Origin: Camelus ferus
Lineage: Eukaryota
Direction: 5' to 3'
DNA: 64,000 bases
Assembly (NCBI RefSeq): GCF_009834535.1
Contig: NC_045696.1
Span: 110,920,001-110,984,000, forward strand
The notes beneath the pieces are model-generated. The model made no database searches. It had not been told where the DNA came from and saw only the letters and a list, made by a program, of their open reading frames with translations. Made by a program: the position numbers and the translations under genes. Below, one piece after another: positions 12,650 to 24,639 of this stretch (position 1 is its first letter; each line of letters starts with the position of its first letter).

Positions 12650-12820
12650 TCAGTGGATCCCAAACTTTGTAAGCATCAGAACTGCCTGGAGGGCATGTTA
12701 AATATAGTTTCCCAGCCTTCGCCCTCAGAGTTGCTGGTTCAGGAGGTCTGAGCTGAGGGTCACTAATTTGCATTTCTGGCTAGTTCCTTGTGATGCTGCT
12801 GCCACTGGTCCAGGGGACCG
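12650..12820. mobile_element. MER5A-like hAT MITE
   Basis: 'cagtggatcccaaactt...gcatcagaactgcctggagggc...aatttgcatttct...tgatgctgctgc'. Confidence 0.85.
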
Positions 12821-12824
12821 CATC

Positions 12825-13575
12825 CATTTTGCTCATGAATATTTATTAAACCATGAGTCCAGCACTGGTCTAGACACAGGTCACAGTAGCGAACAAAACA
12901 AAATTCTGGTCCCCATAAAGCTTGTAACTAATTATAAGAGACAGGAATAAACAAACAAAAAACAAGTAAAACAAATAAGCATGAAAAGAAACATTAAAAA
13001 ATTAAAGCAGAATAAAGGCTGTGGATAAAGGTGGGGATATTATTCTACATTCAGTGGTCAGGGTAGAATTCACCAACATTTGAGCACAAATCTGAAAGTG
13101 TGACTCAGCCTTGCAAATGCCTGGGGAAGAGTATTTTAAGCAAGCGAACAGCAGGTCCAAAGGCCCTGAGGCAGGAGTGTGGTGTTACATGTTTGAAGAA
13201 CAGTGAAGTGTCCCCTAGGACTTGATGAGGAATGATCAGAGCAGAGAATGGGACGAGGTGAGGTCAGAAATGTAGTTGGAGGATGGAAGGTCTCCCGTTC
13301 ACTGAGGTGGGAAACCAGTGGAGAATCTGATCAGAGGGGAAACCAGATCCAACTCCCATTATAAAAGATTTACTCTGGCTGTTGTGCTGAGAACGGACGG
13401 TGGTAGAGCTGGATGGAAGTGTGGAGATTAGAGAGGAGGCTAGTGCAATTACCAAGATGATACATGATGGTAGCTTGAACCAAGGTTGGAGGAAGTGGTT
13501 GAAGATCTTAATAACTTGTGTAAGCAGAGCTAATCAGATTGACTGATGGATTGATGAGGGATAAGGGAGGAAAAA
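12825..13575 (-). mobile_element. L2 LINE 3' region
   Basis: 'gaatatttattaaac', 'ggtccaaaggccctgaggcagga', 'aaagatttactctggctgttgtgctgagaa', 'gatggtagcttgaaccaagg'. Confidence 0.85.
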
Positions 13576-14049
13576 GCCTTCCTGGTACACATGGAGTTAT
13601 TCTGCTACTGCCGCTCCCCTCTCTTCTCAGAAATTCCCCCTCCGTGCCTGTGATGACGTTCTTCCTTTTGTTTGAATTTAAACCCCATATTTCCCTCCAG
13701 TGTAAGTTAACTCTTAAGGACTCGTCCAAATGATCAGTCCAATCTCTCCAACTGTAGGTTCTCTCTCCTGCTTCTAATCTCCTGTACTCCTTTACTCGTG
13801 TTTCCCTACATACTATTCAGCACGGTATGCCCTGTGTTATCATTATAACGCAGCAGAAATCATAAACTTGTGAGAGTTTCCAGCCCCTTACTGCATTCTG
13901 CTAGAGACCTTGACTTTGCCCGTCTACATTCCCCAGATCCTAATAGGATCCTGTCACTGATGGACTGCTTCACTGGGCCTTTGTAATGCAGAATTTGGAG
14001 GCTTGAAAGGGAAACGCTGTGGCCACGCTGTTGGTTTCCTTTGCGGCAC

Positions 14050-14540
14050 CAGTTCATTCTTCTTTGCTAACAGAACCCAGCTTTGGTCAGGCACCAGACA
14101 GGTCGTGGAACTCCTAGTTAAATGGGGACCTCCCCAGTCCTGGGGAGTGAATCAGCTAGCTGTGTCTAGTCATTGTGCTCTCAACTCATCGGCTAATTGG
14201 GGGCATGTGACCTAGTTCTGGCCAGTGAAACATAAGGGAAGTTTGCTGAGGGGTTCTAGAGAGAGTTTTACTTCCTGATAAAAGATATATATATATGATT
14301 TATATATGATAAAATATATATGAGAAGTCCTTACAGTTTTTCCTGCTGGACAGTTTGAGCAAGGATGTGAGGCTTGCAGCAGAGGTATCTTGCAGCCATA
14401 GTAGGAGATTTTGTCAGTACACTGGGCACAGCAGGGAAAGCAGAAAGAGTCTAAATCCAATGATGTCCTATCACCGAGATGCCAACTCAACCCCGGTTTT
14501 GCTCCTGTCTCTTTTCTTTTATGCAGTGAAATAATTTACT
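14050..14540 (+). mobile_element. MLT1-family LTR with TA-rich insert at about 14283-14320
   Basis: 'gggcatgtgacctagttctggccagtgaaacataagggaagt', 'gcagcagaggtatcttgcagccat'. Confidence 0.7.
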
Positions 14541-14544
14541 AGGG

Positions 14545-14915
14545 TAAACTAAGTGTCTATTAAAAATCAACCCCCTTAAATTCAGCGGCTTAAGGCAATT
14601 GTTTATTTCTTGCTCATATAATGATATTCAAGCCAGAGGGGATAATTTTCTTTCCATCTAGTCATTCAGGGACCCAGGCTTCTTCCATCTTGTTTCTCTG
14701 CTGTCTCCTTGGTACCAAGCCACTGGGAAGAGAAAGAACATGGGAAAACGTACATTAGAGGGTTTTCCAGGCCAGGTCAGGAAGTGACGTATCACTTCTG
14801 CTCATATTCCATGGAAGAGAATTTAAAAGTTTACAGGTAACCTCATCTGACTGCAGAGATGCTGGGAGACACAGTCTAGCTGTAAACCCAAAATGGGGAA
14901 ATTGTTTTGGTATTA
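14545..14915 (-). mobile_element. MLT1-family LTR, opposite orientation
   Basis: 'gtcattcagggacccaggct', 'ggaagtgacgtatcacttctgctcatattcc', 'gctgggagacacagtctagctg'. Confidence 0.75.
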
Positions 14916-15809
14916 ATCTATTGTATAAACAGTAACGGGAATCCTTATCAACACATTTTTAGTCAGATTTCCTGAATCCTCACGGCCCAAAGCATCCAAA
15001 TTTTTTAGCTCCATATCCAATGGGAAAGCAAACAAGAGGCCCGCGGGTTAGATCCGGGGAAGAAGGCTTTTTCTTAGAGAAGAGAAGGGAACTTTATAAA
15101 TCAGGGGTGGAAGAGAAGTGCAGGTGTGGTATTTAAAGAGAAAAGTTCTGGATCAGCTATGGCGCCTGGAATTAAGTGGACAGTAAAGGAAGGGAGATTT
15201 TAATAAGCTTTTCATACACTTTGTCTTTGGATCAGTATTTTAAAAACTTCAGTTGCAATGTTTATGTCAAGAAACACTTTGACTTACAATGAAATTTTTT
15301 TTAATTGCTTTGCTCTGTTTCTTTAACCCTGGCATTACCCTGAGGCTGGACACATAGGTATCTGGGCTCATAAGGGTTACACAATACATACATCTAACCC
15401 ACCCCACTAGACTGGGCAGCTCTTTGAGGGCGTGGGGTCAGCGTGATGGAATAAGGAGGTGGTGGAAGCAGGGATGACTGTTACAATATTGCCACAGAAA
15501 GCTGATAAGTACCTTAATTGAAATCTTTAAAAATAATCTCCATTTTCTGATCTCTCTTTGGCCATGTGGACAGAGGGCAATAAACCAGGCTTCCGAAAGT
15601 AGAATGTGGATAATCATTGTTATTCTAGCATGATCTATGGTGGGAACCTGGCTCATAATTAAGTCCAAATTCTTTCACATGGAGCAAGGAGATCAGAATA
15701 AGCCTTGTCTTCTAACATTATCTTTCTGAGCCATATCTTCTATTGAAAAAATACGGAACCTTTAAAAAAATTTCTAGAGAATACCCATCTCTTGTACACT
15801 TTGGAAGCT

Positions 15810-16190
15810 TTTCCATACACATCTCCCCTTGCCTAAAACATCCTTTCAATTCCCCATTTTCCCTTGGGTCCCTCTTCCATAAGCACACTCCTTTTGCCTG
15901 GTTAACCCTAAATTTTCTTTCAGGTGTAGGACTAGAACGTCACTTCCTCAGGAAAGCGTACTTGCTATCATTGAGCTGGGTCAGGTTTCCCTCCTGTGTC
16001 CTTAGAACACCCTCACTTTCCCTGCCATGGCGCCTGTCACACTGGTGGGTGCCTGTTGACTTGTGTGCCTCCCTAAGTACTGAAAGTTCCAGGAAGGCAG
16101 GGGTGCTCTCTTCCCATGCTAAAGTCTAGCACAGAGCTGACACCAGGTGGATGTGCTAAAGACTTATTAGTTGAATGGATGAATGAATGG
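15810..16190 (+). mobile_element. L2 3' end
   Basis: 'gtcacttcctcaggaaagc' through the tail 'ttgaatggatgaatgaatg'. Confidence 0.75.
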
Positions 16191-16809
16191 GAGGTTGCGA
16201 TGGGCCTGAGATGGTGGCAGAGTGGCTTTGGGTCAGAGGGGACATCTTCGAGTTTGGAGAGAAAGAGGCTACAGCTGGTGGTTACAGCTGGTGCTGGAGG
16301 CGGCTGCAGGATACTAGAAATGTAACTTGTGTAGCTGAGATCTGCCTGCTGGTTTGGTGCCCATGCTGGGTTCAGCAGGGTTTGCTATGCAGGTGAAAAC
16401 AGAGAGACCCAAATAATTAAAAGTGAATAAGACAAAGTGGAGTTTAAGTAGTTGTCATTAGGGTGTGCCTTTTATATGCACAGTGACCGCAAAGAGCTTA
16501 TTAGAAAGTTAACAAGCCCCTGATCTGAGCTGATACCTGGATTGCATCTCATCATCATTAGTGCAGATGAGAGGTGAATTCAAATTAAAATTTCCACGTC
16601 AATATGACATAACGAACTGAAGACTGGAAACTCTGACTGGATCCCGCTTATCCCCCATTCCAAGCACAAGTCAGCCTTCTCCCCAGGGGAAAACACAGCT
16701 TGTCCGGGGAGGCCTGAGGAAAGAAAGCAGGGCGTGGCACCCACACTGGGGTGACCAGGAGTACTAGGTGGCAAGACGGCCTGGCAAATGGTGCTGTCCA
16801 CATATAGAG

Positions 16810-17160
16810 TGTTAAAAGAAAAATTTCCACAGACAATTTGCCAATCTAGTAGGCTTTTATTCATCAATCCATGAATCAGGCAGCATCCAATCTAGCGGAC
16901 AGAAAGGTCTGAAGACCTCTAGAGGGCGGTAGACCAAAGTGAACAGAAAGAAGGAAGTTACACTTCCTTTTACGAACTGGTTAAAGCAGGGCTGCTTTCC
17001 TAGATGAAGCAAAGTCTTGGGGCTGAATTAGGTAACTTGTGCCAGCAGGAAAGAGCAGGTTGGTTGACCTAGGACTTCCTCTTCTGGGACTGTATAGAAA
17101 TTTAGTTAAGTTTTGGTTTGCTGATGTGGAGCTTAGCAAGCGTGACATCATCTTGCGTAT
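16810..17160 (-). mobile_element. ERV1 LTR fragment (MER31/MER67-like)
   Basis: 'tgttaaaagaaaaattt...ttttattc...gaatcaggcagcatcc' and 'ttagttaagttttggtttgctgatgtgg'; AATAAA on minus near 16856-16861. Confidence 0.6.
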
Positions 17161-17489
17161 AATCTGGTTACTTTAATGAGAGTTAAATTCATGTTCGTGA
17201 CAAAGCCCCCTGCAGAGGAGACTGACGTGTTATATGCAATCTGAAAACCTCTGTATCTTTCTTCAAGGTGCTTGGCACAGTCTATGACAGAGAAGGTCCT
17301 GTATGAGTTTGTGGAAAGAATGAATGAACGAGTGGACGAGAAGAGTCCTGTGTGTTGAGTAGGTGTTGGGGGATGAGGAGGAGGACACGAAACTTTCTCG
17401 CACACCTCAGTACCACATGATTCCACAAAAAAGCAACACATTTTCTCTTTACAAAGACTCTGTAAAAGAGATCCTGTTTTTCCCACAAG

Positions 17490-17655
17490 TCGTTTTGCCT
17501 TTTACCAGATTTTTAACCTTAAGTAAGGCAACTGAACCCTTAATTCTCCTCATCAGTAGAATGGGAATAAAAATGCATATTTTATAAGGATGCCATGAGA
17601 ATTAAATAAAATATATAAAATTCTTGACAAACAGGCAATATTCAGTTTCCTTCCT
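17490..17655 (+). mobile_element. MIR SINE
   Basis: 'ctcctcatcagtagaatgggaataaaaatg...tgagaattaaataaaat'. Confidence 0.65.
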
Positions 17656-18777
17656 TCAGTAACTATTTCTGGGGTAATTGAATGGTAGATTTAAAGACAT
17701 TGGCTTATAAGGGTTCTTTGGCCAGCTCTAGGTGTGATGCTGTAATCACACAACTCTTGCTTAGTCCTTGTAAAAAAGTGTTCATTCAAAGAATTCCCTG
17801 AATCAAAGATATGGGATACTCCATGCATGAGATTTCACTGCCCTGGAGCACCAGGAATGGGAGATCCAGCCAGGGTAGCTACCAGGCTGTAGCCCAGCCA
17901 CAAGGAAGGGAGGAGAGAGATTTCCAGGGGAAGGTGGCACCTATTGCCATGGTCACTCTCCTCCTCAGTGGTGGTCTTGGTCATCCAGCCCTTGTCCAGA
18001 GGCTGCCCCTAACCCCACCCCCTCCTCACACCAGGGAAGAGACCCACATGCCCAGGATGAATGAGAGTCATTTATCATTTCATCCTGATTCCCAGGATGA
18101 CAGGGAGTCCTGGATGGATGTCTTCTTGTAGCAGCTTGTTTGCCTCTGGAAGGATTATTGGAAATTTCACTGCCTTGTAATGTGTCTGGTTGGAAAGGCA
18201 GCAACAACTTTCTCCTCATTTCTTTCTTTCTTCTTTATTGCCTGGCCTATTTCTTGACAGTGTCTTGAAATTGCAAAATTGGCAATGACAAAACATGCAA
18301 AAATGAATCATAGGAAAGAATGATGGTTCAGAAATGACAACATGGGCTGTAGGTGAGATGAAGTTTAAAATGGAACATAACAGTAATAAAGCTTTCTTTT
18401 CCTTTTTCTCTCCCACCCCTACTCTACTCTCAACCCTTATCTAGGAATAGAGGCAAAAGACAAATGTGGGGAATAACAAGTACTCCACTCACACAGGCCC
18501 TGTGAGGGACCATGATCCCACCATTATGAGGAGAGAAAAGGAATGAAAGATGAGGCCAGAGATGAAGGCTACAGTGAATACATACGAATTTTATTGCTGA
18601 ATCCTGGACTGCATTATTCTCTTTTTCAGTCTACAACAGGGAGGTAAGGGAGAGGGCAAAATAAGGGGAGAATAAAATATGGAAAATGAAACACTTTGGC
18701 TTTTAGCTATAGAACAAATAAGACAAAGGCTGAAATCCTAAGGAGTGATTGATTACATATTATACCAGCATAGTTGG

Positions 18778-19268
18778 TGTATCAGCTAGTTATTGCTATG
18801 TAACAAACTACCCCTAACTGAGGGGTTTAAAATGACAATCATCTATTTTTGTTCATGTGCCTGTTGGTCAACTGGTTGAGTCTGGGTTTGGCTGGCAGCT
18901 CTGCTTCAAGTTATGAGTATGGGCTTAGCTTCCACTGCATTTTGGTCTCAGGTCTCCTTCATGTCTACTCATTCCAGGACCTGGGCTGAGGGCAGCAGTA
19001 ACCTGGGGCAACTCTTCTCATACTGATAGCAGAAGTGCAAGATGGAAGAAGGAACAAGTGATGCTTTTTAAGGCTGAGGCTTGGAATTAGCGTGCGGCCT
19101 ACCACTCTTGCCCATATTCCATTCTTGGCCATTTTTTGGCCAAGACCAACATGAAGAGGAAGGGAAAGTACCCTGCACCTCTTGTAGGAAGAACTACCCA
19201 GTTACAGGACCAAGAATGTGAATAGAAGGATGGGTAAAGAAATGACACCTTTAATTCAATCTACCACA
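18778..19268 (-). mobile_element. MLT1-family LTR, near full length
   Basis: Starts 'tgtatcagctagttattgctatgtaacaaactaccc', ends 'taattcaatctaccaca' (TG...CA). Confidence 0.85.
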
Positions 19269-19420
19269 ATTAGCACAGTCTAAACATCTCATCTGCTTTT
19301 GGAAGTGTCTAGGTAGGAATACGGATCAGACCTACTCTACCTGCCCTGGAGTGAGAACTCACATTTCACCCCTTTTGGCTGACTTGTGGAGAGGCACTTC
19401 CTTCAAGAAAGGGCAATCCA

Positions 19421-19567
19421 CCTCAAAAAGTAATGATAATTATGTGAAGTGATGGAGGTGAAAATTACTGCTTCAATGTCAATCACATTACAATATATAA
19501 ATATCAAATCAACATTTTCTACACTTTAAATTTATACAATATTTTATGTCAAATATATTTTAATTAA
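19421..19567 (+). mobile_element. Very short L1 3'-end insertion with 16-bp TSD
   Basis: L1 3'UTR text ('taattatgtgaagtgatggaggtg', 'acactttaaatttatacaatattttatgtcaaatatatt') flanked by 'aagaaagggcaatcca' at 19405-19420 and 19568-19583. Confidence 0.88.
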
Positions 19568-20119
19568 AAGAAAGGGCAATCCATTAACCCCTCTACACTG
19601 GAGGGTCACAGGATGGACAAATTGAATTGCCCATTTATGTTACTTTGTTTAAATTGATTCACTGAAGGGTCACTATTGCTCACTATGAGGGAGCAGTCTT
19701 TGACAAAGTTTGATAGCCATCTGTCAGAGGACTGAAAAAATGCAGTTCAGGGCTCCCACAATAGAGCTGTTCCAGAAAAGTTGGTGACAAAATACATTTC
19801 CATTTAGTGGATTCTATTTCTCACTTTATGAATATGGATATCTTTATGAATATGGAGTGAGGGGGCAATCCTCAACTCCTTGATTAAATTCATTGATACT
19901 TTATTTTTTAAATACCTCTATGACTGCTTTCTCTGTGTTTGTCTAGCGGTTGGAGTGTCAGTGTGTTTTGCTTGGTGGAAGTCGTAGCTTCCCGACAGCT
20001 TTTTCTCTGACACTTTGCTGCCTCTAGGGTCTCATGTTTGCCAATGGCTGACATTCTGTCTCCTTTTTGCTGACCCAGGATCATTGACTTTGGTTATTAT
20101 AAAAGAAGATGTAGATAAG

Positions 20120-21300
20120 GACAGCCGGAGGAAACAAATGTACATCTCAATGAATTATTATAAGGTCAACACCCATGGAACTGGAACCCAGGTCAACCAA
20201 AAGGATGTTGCTAGCACCCCAGAAAGCTTCCATGCACCTCATCCCAGCTGCAGACCGTTTCACATTTCAAAAATAAGTGCCATCTTAACTTTTGAATAAT
20301 AATGTCCTTGTATTTCTTTATGGTTTCCTCTCTCAAATGTCCATTCCTTAACACAATAGTTTAAACTTTTCCAATTAAAAAAAGGTCTTAAGTCTCTTTT
20401 TAAATCAAGAGCTTGCCTTTCTGTCTTTTTATCTTCCTTACACTTTATCTGTGAAAAAACCTAGGCTACTTGACCTGCAGAGATTTGCATTCTGGATTTT
20501 ATGGATGGTATAATGATGGTGCAGTTCAACTCTATCCCTCACTATTTTCTGCACATTTACAACAGAATCAGGTTTGATCAGACTCGATATCATTCCCTTT
20601 GGCCAGACTCTAGCGATGTGTTCTTTTATCAGAAGGTGCATACTCTCTGGTTTATAATCTCTTCTTTTAGGGATTGATGCCTAGATCCATTGATTACTTG
20701 GGAGTTGTGAGTGGTGATATTCCAATTCTATCATTTTATTTGCATTTGTTAGCTGAGATCCTTCCCCTTGTCATCTGTTTGGTTACCCAGTGGTTCATAC
20801 CTTTCACGTAGGAAAGGCAGAATAGATGCTTGATTTGTTCAGTTTTTAACATCAACAAAATCTGTTTCCTGTTATCCTTTGAAAGTGACCAATTTTGTAG
20901 CATTATTCATTCACAGACTTAAGATATGTGATGAGTTTGCGATTCTTACCTTCACTGAAGCTCGATCTGTGTCCAGTTTGGCCGGTGGGAACTGCTTCAA
21001 GTTGGCACATGAGTCTGTTTTCACATGAACCTTGATTTTTGCTATACTTCTTACTCTGTAATAGGAGTTTCTCGTCTCATCTTATGCATTTCCTGGTCTG
21101 GCCAGCAATCTAGGTCCTAGGGACATTCCTTGCTACTGGATTTGTCATTCTTTGTTTGTTCCTTCAGTGCTAGAAGCTGGCTGTGTTTTAGAGAAACTGA
21201 CACTTAATTTTGTTGTAAATGTTTTTTGTGGGTTTTGGTATTGTTCTCTGGTTGCTCTATTTTTTATAAGGGACTTTGGGAAGAAACAAAATCTATGCTG
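20120..21300 (-). mobile_element. Old L1M (L1ME/L1MC-like) 3' fragments
   Basis: 'tacatctcaatgaattattataaggtcaacacccatg...cccaggtcaacc', 'tggttacccagtggttca...taggaaaggcagaatagatgcttgatt'. Confidence 0.6.
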
Positions 21301-22456
21301 CTTTTATTATGGCTGTATCTACGGCTCATCACACTACTTGAAATAGAGAAATCTTAAAGAATATAAAAAGTATAATTTGTCACATTAACTAATGAATGAG
21401 AGAAGAACTATGTAAGAAAAAGCTCTTTTCTTTTTCAAATATGTACTTTTCTGTTTTTTCAGTGACCTTACCTTAAATATTTGGGATTACCTGGATTATA
21501 CAGCTAATGGCTCTTAAATTTCATTTTCTGTTTCTCCTTTTGTTTGTAGATGTCAATATGAACTAAAGGTGAATACTTTATAACAAGTGCCACCTTCCAT
21601 CTTTTCTTTGTCCTGCTTTGAATATTCCTTTAATTTAAAGATTTCAATAATGTTAAATGACCTAGTTTAATGTTTGACTAATTCTTCAAACTGGATATTA
21701 TCACCTGCAGTCCTGGAGGACAGCGTTACAAGTACCATTGATCTTCCTCTGAGTTAACCACTGGCTACATCTGATGTCTAATAAGCAGCTTAAAGAAATC
21801 TCCTTGACAACACAGCAAAATGAGGATGGCTATGGCTCTGGTTGCTTCTCTGCTTACAGTCCCTGGGATGCCAAAGATGGTGATTTGTCCTATAGAGAGG
21901 TGTGTAGATGAACCTCCTTCTAAATCTGCGTTCCACTTCAACTGGACCCCAAAGAACTTCTCCTTGGATCCAGAATATCCTAAAAATCCTCTTTGATCCA
22001 CTCCCCTTTAAATGACTCCCTCGAATTCAATGACAAGAAACCAGTGGGGAGTAGATTTCTATTTATCCACCTCAGCCATCATTTCCTTTCTTCTTCAAAT
22101 ACTTCACTTTCCATCACTGTTTCCTCTATCTTCTTCTAGTTATATAATAGATATTTTTATGCATACAAATGGAGACCAGTAGATACAGGAAACAGGAAAT
22201 GAAGGAGGAGATTCTCTGCATTAATAGTGGCCATACTGAAAAGCTCACTGAAGTTTTTCCCTCTGTGAGATTTAGATAAGATTGCTTTAGGAGAAGGAGA
22301 GAGGAAAGAATGGCAACCAAATGAAGAGAAAGAGTGGTCTGGAGAGACAACGAGCCATTAGAGGAGAAGTGAGAATGAAGCATCTCCATCTAGAGCACCA
22401 GGAGCAGAATGGAAGGGAGTCAAGGGCAGAACCCTGGTAACCTTGCCATGGGAGAC

Positions 22457-23080
22457 AGTGTTGTGGGTCTTAATTACCTACCCTCCCCTTTAGTCATGTC
22501 CTCTGCCATGTGCCTTGTAAGTGCCCTCCCAGTGTTGGCAAGGAGTGCTTCCCTGCCTCCTGACTTTGGGTTTGGCCATGTGACTTGCTTTGGTCAATAG
22601 AATGAGATAGAAGAGATGATGTCTGGGCTAAGACTAGCTCTTTTTAAAAACGTGTTTTGTTTTGTTTCTTGGTGGGGAAGGTAATTAGATTTGTTTGTTT
22701 GTGTGTGCGTTTATTTATTTATAATGGGAGTACTGGGGATTGAGCCCAGGACATACTGCATGCTAGGCATGCACTCTGCCACTGACTATGTCTTAAATGG
22801 ATTTGTTTCTGTTTCACTCTTGTGCCTCTGCCTTCTCCACAAGAAGAACATGTCTGAGCTAGCTGCTAGTTCCAGGAGAAGGATGAGAGACTTGTGGAGC
22901 ACTGCTAGCCTGGGCCAGACCAGCTGCCTCCCAGCAAGGTGCAGAATGAGTGAGTGAGCTTAGCTTAGCTGAGCCCTGCTTAAATCAGCCAGCTCACAGA
23001 CACAAGAGCACATGACTGCTGTTCTAAACCCCTGATTTTCAGGGTGGCTTGCTTTACAGCACTACCATGACCACGGTTAA
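22457..23080 (+). mobile_element. MLT1-family LTR interrupted by a SINE
   Basis: 'tgactttgggtttggccatgtgacttgctttggtcaatagaatg' and 3' end 'gctgttctaaacccctgattttcagggtggcttgctttacagcac'. Confidence 0.8.
22640..22792 (-). mobile_element. tRNA-derived SINE, vic-1-like (camelid)
   Basis: Minus strand 'atagtcagtggcagagtgcatgcctagcatgc...gtcctgggctcaatccccagtactccc...aaataaataa...ctaattaccttcccc' has Pol III A/B-box-like motifs, a tRNA-Ala-like body and an A-rich tail. Confidence 0.8.
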
Positions 23081-23959
23081 TGACCTGCCAATGGATCTCT
23101 TACAGAGAATTTGATGTTTAGTTATATTGGAAGCTTGCTAGCCTTATAGAGGTAGGCGAGGGGACTGGGAATTCTGCATGGAGTGGGGCATGCACTGGAA
23201 ACCCGACTTCCTGCCTGAGGTGGGACGAAATAGAACTAGCAGGGAATTTCACTATGCTTAGGCAGAAATGGAGAAATTGGATAAGTCCAGTGGTTGGAAA
23301 GAGAGAGGATAAGGCTATGATTGATAAAAATACTGATTATATCTTACTCATTTGATTTTGACAATTGAAAAACCCCAGGATGTGAAACTTGGCTGGCTTG
23401 TTTGCTGTTAACTCCTTACCTGGATAATTATAAAATCACTCCTGGAATGTTGTTGGTGACCAGGCTTACTTCCCTCTTGCAGACGCTCTGGCTCTATCCA
23501 TCTATTTTTAACGTCAGTCTATGTCAGCAAAGTCATAAAGTTCTTTGGGACCTTTAAATGATGGGCCAACACAGAAATGCAACATTTGATTATTCCATAA
23601 ATGGAAAAGACAAGTACTTTTTCAGAGTGATTAAACTCAGCAACTAATCCATTATTGAGGTAATTACTTTCTAATTTGCTGAAATGTTAGATCACAGCTG
23701 GCCGTGACATTAGAAAAAAGGGACTGCTTGTGGGCATTAGAGGCAAAGGGGTTAAACCAAATACGCTAGTGGCAAAATGCTCTGCTCAGTCAGTATAACA
23801 GGCCTGAAAGCATGTGATGGTCTCCTGCTCAGAAGTTAGTAAGATAATCTAGCTTTTCATGTGTGAAACCCGTCCCAGCTCCACAGCTGTGCCCCTTGGC
23901 ACTTTCCTTGGCTCCTAAGAATAATCAGACAATGGCTTCCCCCCAGTATTACCTGCAAA

Positions 23960-24075
23960 TCATAAGGTGTGACCTTGAAGGAGTCACTTCCTCTCTGTGA
24001 CTTCAGAGCTGTCACCTGTGAAAGGCGGCTTTGAATTAAAGTATTTCTAAGATTACCTTCTGTACTAAAACTGTA
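23960..24075 (+). mobile_element. MIR SINE
   Basis: 'tgtgaccttgaaggagtcacttcctctctgtgacttcag...cacctgtgaaagg'. Confidence 0.7.
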
Positions 24076-24469
24076 TGACACTCAGAAGGTCAGGTTAAGG
24101 AGGCTTGACTTAAAATCTCATGGGAAAGACCGCGGAATCAATTAGAGCCTGTGTGGAGATGAGAGATGGTGAAGAGAATTTCCAGTTAGCACTCTCCTGG
24201 GCTGGGAGGTGTCTGAAACTCTCAGGGCATGTTTCCCAAACCCTAGTTGCTTGCCTGTTAAGGCACTTTGGAGGCTCACACTGCTGAAAGAGAGATGTTA
24301 AGGGTTGGGAGGGAAGGCAGGATAGAAGAATCTGGAACTTCAAAGAAGTGACCTAAGGATGTGGAATCTCCATGGCCAGGGGAACTTCTGGACTGTGCCC
24401 CTTGGTCGCCTTGCTTTATTTCTCTCTTGACTGATTTTGGACATGACTTGTCAGAAATAGCACCTGCCC

Positions 24470-24630
24470 AGATCCACACAGACCCGAACGTAAACCTCTG
24501 TTCTGCCTCCTGTTACCTGTGTCATCTTAAGCATATTATGTCATCTCTGAGCTCTGGTATTTATACCTATAAAGTCAGGAAAATAATACCTGTGTCAGTA
24601 GTGTTGTGAGTTCGAGTTGAAATGTACAGA
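24470..24630 (+). mobile_element. MIR SINE
   Basis: 'ctctgttctgcc...tctctgagctctggtatttatacctataaag...aataatacct'. Confidence 0.65.
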
Positions 24631-24639
24631 TAACAAGTG

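Noticed and set aside
22715..22792. Possible tRNA-Ala gene
   Set aside because: Degenerate stems and a SINE-type tail indicate a tRNA-derived SINE
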